Assembly (NCBI GenBank): GCA_002342785.1
Contig: DDQV01000122.1
Location: 18,752 to 82,751, forward strand
Direction of reading: 5' to 3'
Length of the DNA stretch: 64,000 nucleotides
From: Fusobacteriaceae bacterium UBA2433
Lineage (GTDB): Bacteria > Fusobacteriota > Fusobacteriia > Fusobacteriales > Fusobacteriaceae
Of this stretch, positions 6,923 through 16,200 are shown piece after piece. The notes beneath the pieces are model-generated. The model was not told the origin of the DNA and made no database searches. It saw only the letters and a list, made by a program, of their open reading frames with translations. Within the stretch, counting starts at the first letter, position 1, and every line of letters starts with the position of its first letter. The position numbers were made by a program, and so were the translations under genes.

Positions 6923-9900
6923 TTATTCACTATTTCTATCTAAGATACTCTCTAATATAAGTTTACTATCACTTCCTTCACCGATTATCCTTATCTTACT
7001 TTCCCTTTGTTTTGTTTGATTTTCAACTGTAGCTTTAATCCCTAAAGATTTTGTGGGTATAAAATAAATTTTTGAAAAAATTTTTTCATGTCCCAATCTA
7101 TCCCAAACTGTAATTTTTAAATCTCCGCGACTTCCTCCATTAAATTTAGAAGTATCTATCTCTATCGTATTATCTATAGACTTACCTTGTATTGTAGAAA
7201 AACTATTTCCATTAAGACCATTTGAATTTTTCCCACTATTACCTGAATCTACTATTTTTCCTCCTATAGTAAAGACATAACTATATCCATCTATTCCAAC
7301 TAATTCTTTAAATAAAGATAGATCTATCTCGATCTTTTCTTCTACTATATCTCCAATGATTTTATCTTGTAGATAGGAAGTATTCACCCTGGTATCTAAT
7401 ATAAATTTAAATTTTACATCATCTCCCTCGACTCCCGATATACTTATTGGAGTAACTAAAATAACATTCATAGAATCTATTAGAAATTTATTATATCTGT
7501 CATCTATCTTGATCTCATTTGTAGAAGTTTCTAAAATATCAAGTAATAGATCTATATTTTTGTTTATATATATTTTTAAATATCTTATATCTGCACCTGT
7601 TCCATAAATTTTAGCAAATATAACCGGATTTATTGTTAATGAACCAGGTCCTCCCTTAGTGAACTTATATATCTCTCCATTATAGTTCACACTCAGATCT
7701 TTATCCCCAACTCTTTGAGTAGTTATATTTTCTCGACTTTTCACCTCTTCATAAACTTTCAAAGTCACATCTTTTGGTTTACTATTGTTTAGGGTAAGTA
7801 TTTCTTTTCTTATTATTTCATTTCCTGCTTTATCTTCTCCCTTTATATAAAATTCTATATCTCTTTCAATTTTACTAGGATCTTTTATTACAAAGTTATA
7901 AGTAACAGTATAAGTATCGATTAAACTTGTGTCTTCAGACCTTTTTATAGTTCCTACTAAGGAATCTATCATATCTAGATCTTCTATTTCTAATAAATAT
8001 CCGCCTTTTTCTTTTTCCCCAATCTCTTGTAGATACAAATTAAAATCTTTTATATCAAACGAAACTTCTATCTGATCTTTATCTTTTACATAGGTAACAT
8101 TACTATTATCTACACTGTTAACCTTATATTTTTTCATAAATGTTTTATTTATTATAGATACATTAGATATCTCTGGAGCTATTGTATCTACCACAATAGT
8201 AGTTTTAGCTAATGGAGTCTTATCATAATTTAGATCTAATATCTTATCAAAATTATTTTCACAGTAATCATCTATACTAATTAACTTACCACTCTTACTC
8301 ATCCCATAGACCTTACCTATATATTCTCCATCTGTTTTATGTTTTTGATCTATCTCAATCTCTCCATCTGTTTCTTTTATTCCTCCTGTATAAAATCCTT
8401 TAGGAGAATAGTGATAAAAAGTTGAAACTCCATAATAACTATTATTTAAATCTAGATCAGCTTTTGTTTTATTATATTTAAAGGCCAATATTCCACTCAG
8501 ATATCGATCATCTACCTTACTTAGTTCTATATTATAATTTTCATTGACATAATATTTTCCATCTGATAGATGAACAGCTATAGGATCATCATTTTTATCT
8601 AATATTGATATCTCAGGTACTATCTCTGTATTATCAATCTTTAATATATCAAATTTTTGATCTCCTATATTTCCATAATTATCCTCCATAGTATTTCTAA
8701 TACTTATAGTTTCGCAACTATCCTTTATTTTTATTTTTTCCCATCTAACTTTAAATTTATGTTTTCCTTCTTTTTCTATTATAGGTATCCCCCATCCTAT
8801 ATTTCCTATATTTCTATAGATATTATTTTTATTTAAATTTTTATCTTCCACTGTTAAAGTTATATCTATTAGATCTCCTGTTTTTACACAACTTCCTGAA
8901 TAATTTAAAATAGAACTAAATTTTGTGCTATTATCTATACTATATCCAGAATAATTATCTATCTCTGTATCTGTAAATAATTTATTACCATCTACTCTAA
9001 CCATAGATTTAAAAAACTCTTTCAATGTTGTGTTTACTAATTTTATCTCGGTTATCATAGGAGGTGTTAGATCTATTTCAACATCTTCTAAGATCTTAGT
9101 TTCGGTAAATAGATCGTTAGTTGCTGTAGCTTCTAAATTAATATATTCTATAGGTATCTCATCTAACTTCCCATCTCTTATTATATCCATCTCTTTATCG
9201 GTTAAAACAACTTTAAATTCATACCATCCATCTTCACCCAAACTCATATCTATACTATCTTTATTTCTATTAAATAATAAGGTCCCATCAGTTTTTAATA
9301 TATTTAAATTATAATCTTTAATTATATCTTGGATGATTATATCTTCTCCATCACCATTAGTTTCATAGTATCTAGATCTAGCTAAAAATTTTATAACTCC
9401 CCTTTTATCTACTATATTTAATTTAGGACAACTTCCAACTGGATCTTTGAACTCTACAACTATTTTTTTTCCTTGAACAGTGTATTGTCTATCCTCTATC
9501 TTAGCTTTTTTATTATCTATAGGATCATCTAAATTTTTTACTACTTTATCCATAGGAACATAATTTTTTCCATCAATTCCAACTAGATCTATCAATTTAA
9601 AATCTACTGTTCTTGTAGTTCCATCATATTTATTAAATGGTGTAATATAAGATAATCTCCATCTTTGAACAATTCCTATATTATTTATAGATTCTAATAA
9701 GGCCCCCCTTACATTTTCACCATCTTGTCCCATCTCATACATAAAAAAATTATTTTCCGTATTATAAAGTTTAAAATCAGTATGATATACGTCGGCTCTA
9801 TCTGATGGATCTATCCCTAATATAGGTATTTCACGATCATCCCACTCCTCCCAATAACTATTATTTTTATTTATTCCCCAAGAATATTTATATCCTAGAT

Positions 9901-11305
9901 TTGGTACTCCTTCATCTTTATATCTTGTTAAAATCAAATTTGTATCTATAGCTGTATTTCCCCTTCTTTTAACATGAAATAATCCTACTAACTTTATATT
10001 ATTAGCCATCCCATTATATGTAAAATTTAGTTTGGAATATAATTTTTCTAACACATTCTCATGATCATATCCAATAGATTCTAAAGTATTTTTTCCAAAC
10101 TTATCTCTCGTATCCATATTTTCATCTGTCAAAAATATTATCATTTTTTCCGACGGTATATCTCCATCATTACTTTCATCTGTTATATTCCCTGAAGAGT
10201 CTAAATATCTTCCATTAGCACGAATTTTTTTTATAGCATAATGAATTCCCCAAGCACTATTTTCTTGACCATGTAAATATCCTAATTCTGTTTTTATATT
10301 ACTAAATGCATCTATCAATTCGTCTAACTCTTTTTCTTTTTTATTTTCATAATTTACTTGCCCTAGGGTAGATCCATCAAACCATTTTTCCTTGTAGATT
10401 GCCATATAATTATCATTCTCATAACTATATATTTTTTCATTCCAATCTCCTATTCTATCACTTGTTTGCTCTGGTCCAAAGGTAATCAAATTATATTTTA
10501 CATCAAATCCCTTGCTATAGAGTTTCTCACCAAAAACTCTTAATCCATCTTTTATAGCATCTACTTTTTGTTGCATATACTTTGAGTTATCAATTACAAA
10601 TACTATATCGAGGGGAAATAAAATATTTTTTTTAGTCGATTCCTTTAATATTATTTTTTTATCTTCTTCTATACCTTTTTTTTCTTCTGTTTCCTCATTT
10701 TTCTCAGCTATCTTGGAATTTGGTAAAAGATTTGACCTAAGGTTATCTGTAGTTAATTTTATCTTTCTTTCCATCTTAGTCATAAAATCTATATCTACTT
10801 GAATCCCTTCATTACTAGTAGAAGTAGTTATACAATCTATCTTATAGATATTATTTTCCTTATCAAATTTCTCACTATCTATATTTTCTGTATCTATATA
10901 AAATGAATCATAATCTTCATTTGTAATAATCTTATAGTTTCCATCATGACCGTTTTTTACTGTATAAAGTTGAATCATATATTCTCCTATGGGTAATCCT
11001 TTTATCTCTATATTTTTATTGGAATATTTATACGATATTATCGTATTTAAAAATTTTAATTCTTTATCTACCCTAGGATCTATAATTATATCTATATAAT
11101 CTTTATTGTAACAACTATCTGTATCTTCCAAAAGAAAAGCTTTCATCTTCAAAGTTCCCACACTAATTTCTTCATCTCCTATAACTATCATCTTTTCATC
11201 ATTTAAATTATTTATAGGATTGATATTTCTATATGGATTCCAAGAATATTTAGGAAGCTCTGCTGTATATATCTTTTTTTCTACCATATAATCTAAATTT
11301 TCCAT
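6923..11305 (-). CDS. C-terminal part (1460 aa) of giant vWA/Ig-like surface protein paralog 2
   Basis: vWA fold start LDIVFVIDNSKYM and later IIFLTDE; Ig-like D..PP.I / DTIAP.I / DKAGN motifs; colinear with the C-terminal part of 13203-21740; no signal peptide of its own. Confidence 0.8.
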   Translation of the reverse strand: MENLDYMVEKKIYTAELPKYSWNPYRNINPINNLNDEKMIVIGDEEISVGTLKMKAFLLEDTDSCYNKDYIDIIIDPRVDKELKFLNTIISYKYSNKNIEIKGLPIGEYMIQLYTVKNGHDGNYKIITNEDYDSFYIDTENIDSEKFDKENNIYKIDCITTSTSNEGIQVDIDFMTKMERKIKLTTDNLRSNLLPNSKIAEKNEETEEKKGIEEDKKIILKESTKKNILFPLDIVFVIDNSKYMQQKVDAIKDGLRVFGEKLYSKGFDVKYNLITFGPEQTSDRIGDWNEKIYSYENDNYMAIYKEKWFDGSTLGQVNYENKKEKELDELIDAFSNIKTELGYLHGQENSAWGIHYAIKKIRANGRYLDSSGNITDESNDGDIPSEKMIIFLTDENMDTRDKFGKNTLESIGYDHENVLEKLYSKLNFTYNGMANNIKLVGLFHVKRRGNTAIDTNLILTRYKDEGVPNLGYKYSWGINKNNSYWEEWDDREIPILGIDPSDRADVYHTDFKLYNTENNFFMYEMGQDGENVRGALLESINNIGIVQRWRLSYITPFNKYDGTTRTVDFKLIDLVGIDGKNYVPMDKVVKNLDDPIDNKKAKIEDRQYTVQGKKIVVEFKDPVGSCPKLNIVDKRGVIKFLARSRYYETNGDGEDIIIQDIIKDYNLNILKTDGTLLFNRNKDSIDMSLGEDGWYEFKVVLTDKEMDIIRDGKLDEIPIEYINLEATATNDLFTETKILEDVEIDLTPPMITEIKLVNTTLKEFFKSMVRVDGNKLFTDTEIDNYSGYSIDNSTKFSSILNYSGSCVKTGDLIDITLTVEDKNLNKNNIYRNIGNIGWGIPIIEKEGKHKFKVRWEKIKIKDSCETISIRNTMEDNYGNIGDQKFDILKIDNTEIVPEISILDKNDDPIAVHLSDGKYYVNENYNIELSKVDDRYLSGILAFKYNKTKADLDLNNSYYGVSTFYHYSPKGFYTGGIKETDGEIEIDQKHKTDGEYIGKVYGMSKSGKLISIDDYCENNFDKILDLNYDKTPLAKTTIVVDTIAPEISNVSIINKTFMKKYKVNSVDNSNVTYVKDKDQIEVSFDIKDFNLYLQEIGEKEKGGYLLEIEDLDMIDSLVGTIKRSEDTSLIDTYTVTYNFVIKDPSKIERDIEFYIKGEDKAGNEIIRKEILTLNNSKPKDVTLKVYEEVKSRENITTQRVGDKDLSVNYNGEIYKFTKGGPGSLTINPVIFAKIYGTGADIRYLKIYINKNIDLLLDILETSTNEIKIDDRYNKFLIDSMNVILVTPISISGVEGDDVKFKFILDTRVNTSYLQDKIIGDIVEEKIEIDLSLFKELVGIDGYSYVFTIGGKIVDSGNSGKNSNGLNGNSFSTIQGKSIDNTIEIDTSKFNGGSRGDLKITVWDRLGHEKIFSKIYFIPTKSLGIKATVENQTKQRESKIRIIGEGSDSKLILESILDRNSE

Positions 11306-11395
11306 TATTTCTTTACCTTTAGGTTTCTTTAAAATTCTAAATATAATTTTATCATAGTTTAATATTACTCCATTTGTATTTTGAAATCCTTCACT

Positions 11396-13060
11396 TCAGC
11401 TATACACAACCTTATTTTTAATATTTTCAACTTGTTCTAACCCCTGCCCCATATCATCTGTATAAAATTCTAATTTAAAATTGTTATCACCTATTAATTC
11501 ACCCTTAGTTTCTGAAATAATTTTTTCTATCATTATTCCTTCTACATCTTCATCTACTAAATATCTCCACCTATTATTATAAAATCTAAATCTATTTATA
11601 AACTTATAATCTCCTCCTGACAAATATCCTTTTAATGTTGTTTCATAATCTACAGATTTTATCTGTCGATATCCACATCTTTCTGGAGTTAATATCCTAT
11701 CTTTTATTTGATAGCTTTGATCTTTCAGCTGATAATCTTTCCTTTTTCCTGAACTATCTAAAGATTCAAAAATTATCCACTGCTTAGGATATTCGTCATA
11801 TTTTTCCTCTATGGTAGGTTCAATATATATTCCAACTTGTTGTTGTTTTATAAGATCCTTTCCCTCTATCTCAAATGAAACTTCCCTTTGATCTCCTTTT
11901 TTTTCTATAAAATCACTTTCATAACTTCCTTCCCATCTATATACATATTTTTTATTATTTTCATCTATTGTTATTTGGTCATCTACAACTTTATAATTAG
12001 TTCTACCTATATTTATACAAGTTCCACTGAGACTAATAGGAGTAGATATAATTATATCTGAAACTGTATTTACAGGTATCTTTCTTTTTTCAGTTATATT
12101 TTTTAATTTTATTTGAGGTAATTTTTTTGAAGTCAGAGTTATTATATTTAGTTTTATATCTTTATAGTTAGATATATCTATATCTTCTAACCATCCTATA
12201 TTTTCAACCTCTATAGAACTTTGATTTTTTCCATAAAAAGTCAGAGTACTTTCATGGGTAACTACTACATAGTTTCCAATATTATTATTATTTTTATATC
12301 TAAGGGTATATAGATCTAAATTATAAGATCTTTTATCTTCTAATCCAATAAGTTCAAACTTACCATCTATATATCTTCCTGTTATTCCATCTTTAACTAT
12401 TTTTTGCTGAATTTTATTATCTTCAAATACAAAATCTATATAATCATCTTTTTCATAAAAATTTTTTAAATTATCTTTCTCTTCTATTTTTTTTATAGGA
12501 CGAATTTCATTTATTTTTTCCCCTAAATAGAGTCTATAGACCACCTCTTGATATTTGTATGCTATAAGATGCTCTAACTTATATTCATCATCATAGAAAA
12601 AAGTATTTTTAGAATTTTCAAGATCTTCTTCCCTAAAATTAGTTATAGAAGAAGGCACAACATAACTTTCATCTATCATTTTTTTATATGTTGGGATATC
12701 TTTTCTATCATCTATTTTTGTTAAACTAAAAGTAGATTCTTTTGGTTTTTCTTTATTTTTTTTTAATTTGAATTCCACCATAGGCCTATTAATACCTTCA
12801 TATCTATAACGTTTATTTTCAATCTTACTAAATTCAGATTTATCATAAGTAGAATCTGAATTTAAAAATTCTTTTAAACTCATATCTCCTATTTCAATTG
12901 AAAATACAGAATGTTCATTTTCTAAATCTAATCCATCTATAATATACTGATCAGATTTAACTAAGTTATCTTTAGCTATCTGAGAATATATATATTGATC
13001 ACTAGAAAATATTACAACACTTAAAAATAAAAATAAAAACAATACCCACAAACCCTTCAT
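11396..13060 (-). CDS. N-terminal part (554 aa) of giant surface protein paralog 2
   Basis: Sec-type signal MKGLWVLFLFLFLSVVIFS; one A repeat, one B domain and the first half of a diverged A repeat; ends at the in-frame TGA. Confidence 0.8.
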   Translation of the reverse strand: MKGLWVLFLFLFLSVVIFSSDQYIYSQIAKDNLVKSDQYIIDGLDLENEHSVFSIEIGDMSLKEFLNSDSTYDKSEFSKIENKRYRYEGINRPMVEFKLKKNKEKPKESTFSLTKIDDRKDIPTYKKMIDESYVVPSSITNFREEDLENSKNTFFYDDEYKLEHLIAYKYQEVVYRLYLGEKINEIRPIKKIEEKDNLKNFYEKDDYIDFVFEDNKIQQKIVKDGITGRYIDGKFELIGLEDKRSYNLDLYTLRYKNNNNIGNYVVVTHESTLTFYGKNQSSIEVENIGWLEDIDISNYKDIKLNIITLTSKKLPQIKLKNITEKRKIPVNTVSDIIISTPISLSGTCINIGRTNYKVVDDQITIDENNKKYVYRWEGSYESDFIEKKGDQREVSFEIEGKDLIKQQQVGIYIEPTIEEKYDEYPKQWIIFESLDSSGKRKDYQLKDQSYQIKDRILTPERCGYRQIKSVDYETTLKGYLSGGDYKFINRFRFYNNRWRYLVDEDVEGIMIEKIISETKGELIGDNNFKLEFYTDDMGQGLEQVENIKNKVVYS

Positions 13061-13135
13061 AATTTAAAACCCCCTCATAAACTTTTATTATCTCTATACT
13101 ATCCTTTTTTTTATTTCCTTTTCGTTATAAAATAA

Positions 13136-13170
13136 ATAGACTAGAAACATATTTTATGTTTCTAGTCTAT
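13136..13170 (-). terminator. Terminator between the two giant paralogs
   Basis: Perfect 15-bp arms ATAGACTAGAAACAT/ATGTTTCTAGTCTAT, followed on the minus strand by TTATTTT. Confidence 0.75.
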
Positions 13171-13202
13171 AAACTATAATTTTATTTATTTTTATCTATC
13201 TT

Positions 13203-16200
13203 TTAATCTTCATTACTTCCATCTATACTATTTTCTATACTAAACTTACTATCATCTGTATCTCCAAATATATTTACTTTACTCTTTCTCTGTTTTGCTT
13301 CATCTTCTATTGTTGATGTTATTCCAGTAGGCTTAGTAGGAATAAAATAAGTTTTATCAAAAGTTTTTTCATTTCCTAATCTATCATAGACAGTAAAAGA
13401 TAAAGTTCCTTTTGCTCCCCCTATAAAATCAGAAGTATCAATTATCTTAATTCCACTTATAGAATTACCACTAATAGTAGTAGATGTTTTTCCTTCTAAG
13501 TCACTTTCAACAACTTTTTCAGAAGTTTTTCCTTCTACAGTAAAGATATATTCATATCCTTCTACACCTGATAGCTCCTCTATCTTAGAAAGATCTATCT
13601 CAACATTTTTACCATTCATACTTCCTATTATTTCATTATTTAAATAAGAGGTATTTACCTTAGTATCCACTACAAATTTAAATTCTTTAGGATTTCCCTC
13701 TACACTTGATACATTTATAGGAGTAACCCTTACTTCATTAACTCCTTCACCAAAACCAAAAGTAACTTCTATTACTTTTTCCTCGTCACCACCTGATACT
13801 TTTATAATTTTTTCCCCTTCTATCCTTCCATCTTTACCTATTGTTTGTATCTTTAATTTTCCTATCTTTTCATCTTCAGAACTACTCGATGGAATAGTCA
13901 CATAGATCCCTGGATTTGGGTTATTTGATCCCAACCCTCCCTTAGTAAATTTATATCCATCTTCTATTATATTTGATTTTTCCTTTTGATAAAGTTCTTC
14001 ATAGGTATTTATCTTAATATCCCTTGGTATACTTATAGTAACTTCTTTTGTTGTTTCATTTCCAGCCTTATCTACAACTACTATTGTAACCTTTACTGAC
14101 CCACCATCTTTTAAATCACTTCTTTTAACTTTTAATGAATAAATTATAGGGTTTGAACTATCATTAAAGGTTCCAATCTCTTCATTGTTTTTCCCTAATA
14201 ATTTGTGTCCCCCTTGTCCTTCTATAAACTCATTATTATTATAATTAAAATCTTCTATCTTAAAAGATAGATCAAAGTAATAATAATTTTCAATATCCTG
14301 ATCTGAACTTTCAATTGATTCTTTTATTGGTAAACTAATAATTCTAGGAGCTATTGTGTCTACCCTAATTACAATATTTTCTCCACCTAAATTATCCCCC
14401 ATTATTGTTTTGAAATCATTACTAGAATAATCTGTAATATCTTTTAATTTACCACTAATATTCATTCCATAAATTTTAGATCTATATTCTCCATCTGTCA
14501 AATGACTATCAGAGGTATCTATACTTACAGGAATAACACTACCTTCCTCTCCTCCTAAGTAAACATTTTCATCTCCATCTAACTTATAATAATATTCTGA
14601 ATCTCCATAATATATTTTATTGCCATCTTCATCTGTTTTTGAATCTGCTTTAGTTTTATCATAATTTAATATTCCTATTCCAGCTAATAGATCTTTATTA
14701 GTAGTCCCTAAATCAATACTATAGTTGGAATTTACATAGTATATCTCTTCTATAGGTTCTATATCTTTTACTGTTGGAACTACTTCTATATCATTATTAT
14801 CTACATTTAAAATTTTTCCCTCTTGAGAAGCTTCAATTTCATATTCATTTTTAATATTATTAATTACTTTTATTTCAGAATCTGAAACACTTATTTCATA
14901 CCAAGTAACTTTAAATTTATTTGTTTCATCTTCTGAATCTGATGAAATCTCTATTATACTTGGTTTTATATCTATAAGATCACTACCTTGATAAATTTTT
15001 ATCCCCTTTAAAATATTATTTTGATAAAGATTTTTTCCCTCTACTATTAATTCAATAGATATTTTATCTCCAGATTTTCCAGTACTTCCAGTTGTCGGCA
15101 GACCAAAACTTTCCTCTACTTCATGATCATATCCTGAATATTTCAATATATCATCGGAAGAAAAAGTTTTATCTTTATCTAGTGAATACATTGTATCTAA
15201 AAAATTAAAGAGAGTTTTATTTACTAGAGTTACATCTGTAATTAAGGGAGTAGATAGATCTACTATTACATCTGTTAATATCTCTGTTTTGTTAAATAAA
15301 TCAGTGACTATAGTCGCTTCTAAATTAATTTTTTCTGTTGATTTTACAGTTGTTGATTCTTTTAGTATATCCATCTCTTCATCTGTTAATATAGCCTTAA
15401 ATTCATACCAACCTTGATCTCCAAATGTATCGGTCAAAGTATCTGTTGAATCAGATAGTTCTTTTAACTTAGTGTTACTGATTTTTAACTCTATCCCCTC
15501 ATCATTTGTTCCACTCAATAATTTTTTTAATCCTAGGTCTCCTAATTTTATCCTATATATATTTTCTTCAGATTTTTCAAAATCTGTATTCCCTAAAAAT
15601 TCATCCAATAAATCAGATGTTTCAGAACTATTATTAAGTTCATACCAAGTATCAGATCTATCAGATACAATTGCTTTAAATTTATCTTTTTCAATATTAA
15701 TATTAGTTTTATCTACTATTAAATTTAATGTTGTAGAAGATTTTGTAGTATTCCCACTAATAATAGCTTCTTTTTCAAAATTTGTTAATTCTACTTTATA
15801 GTTTTGATCTTCATCTATAGTATATCTCGCCTTATCAATATATTCTAAGATATCTACATTAGAGTTATTTGTAATTGTTACATCAGATTTCACCCTTCCT
15901 GCTAAAGCTTGAGAGATTAAATTTTTAGTAACTCTATTTTCTAGCCAACCTTCATCAGATAAACTCATCGTAATATTCTTTGGACTAAATAAAAAGTTAT
16001 TATTACTATCTAATACATCTAACTTATATTCATTTATCATTTTTTCTACAACAATAGGTTTATTATCTTCATCGAATTCATTATACCTTGCTTTCCCTCT
16101 AAAAGTTATTCTGCCATTACCCTCTACTAAATTTAATTTTAAATTATCTACACTTGGATCTTTAAATTCTAACGCTAACTTTTCTTCCTTTACTGTATAT

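Larger units (their letters stand above)
6923..13060 (-). pseudogene. Single 2045-codon gene interrupted by one in-frame TGA (nonsense allele or readthrough)
   Basis: The 30 codons after TGA 11396-11398 (SEGFQNTNGVILNYDKIIFRILKKPKGKEI) are open, in frame with the downstream ORF and homologous to NEGPLNTNGEILSYDKVIFRVTKK of the paralog. Confidence 0.8.

Noticed and set aside
11396-11398. Genome-wide UGA=Trp reassignment (code 4) or selenocysteine at the internal TGA
   Set aside because: dnaG terminates at TGA (43837-43839), tRNA-Trp has a CCA anticodon with an ordinary C11-G24 D-stem pair, the aligned residue is Trp rather than Cys, and no SECIS-like hairpin is evident
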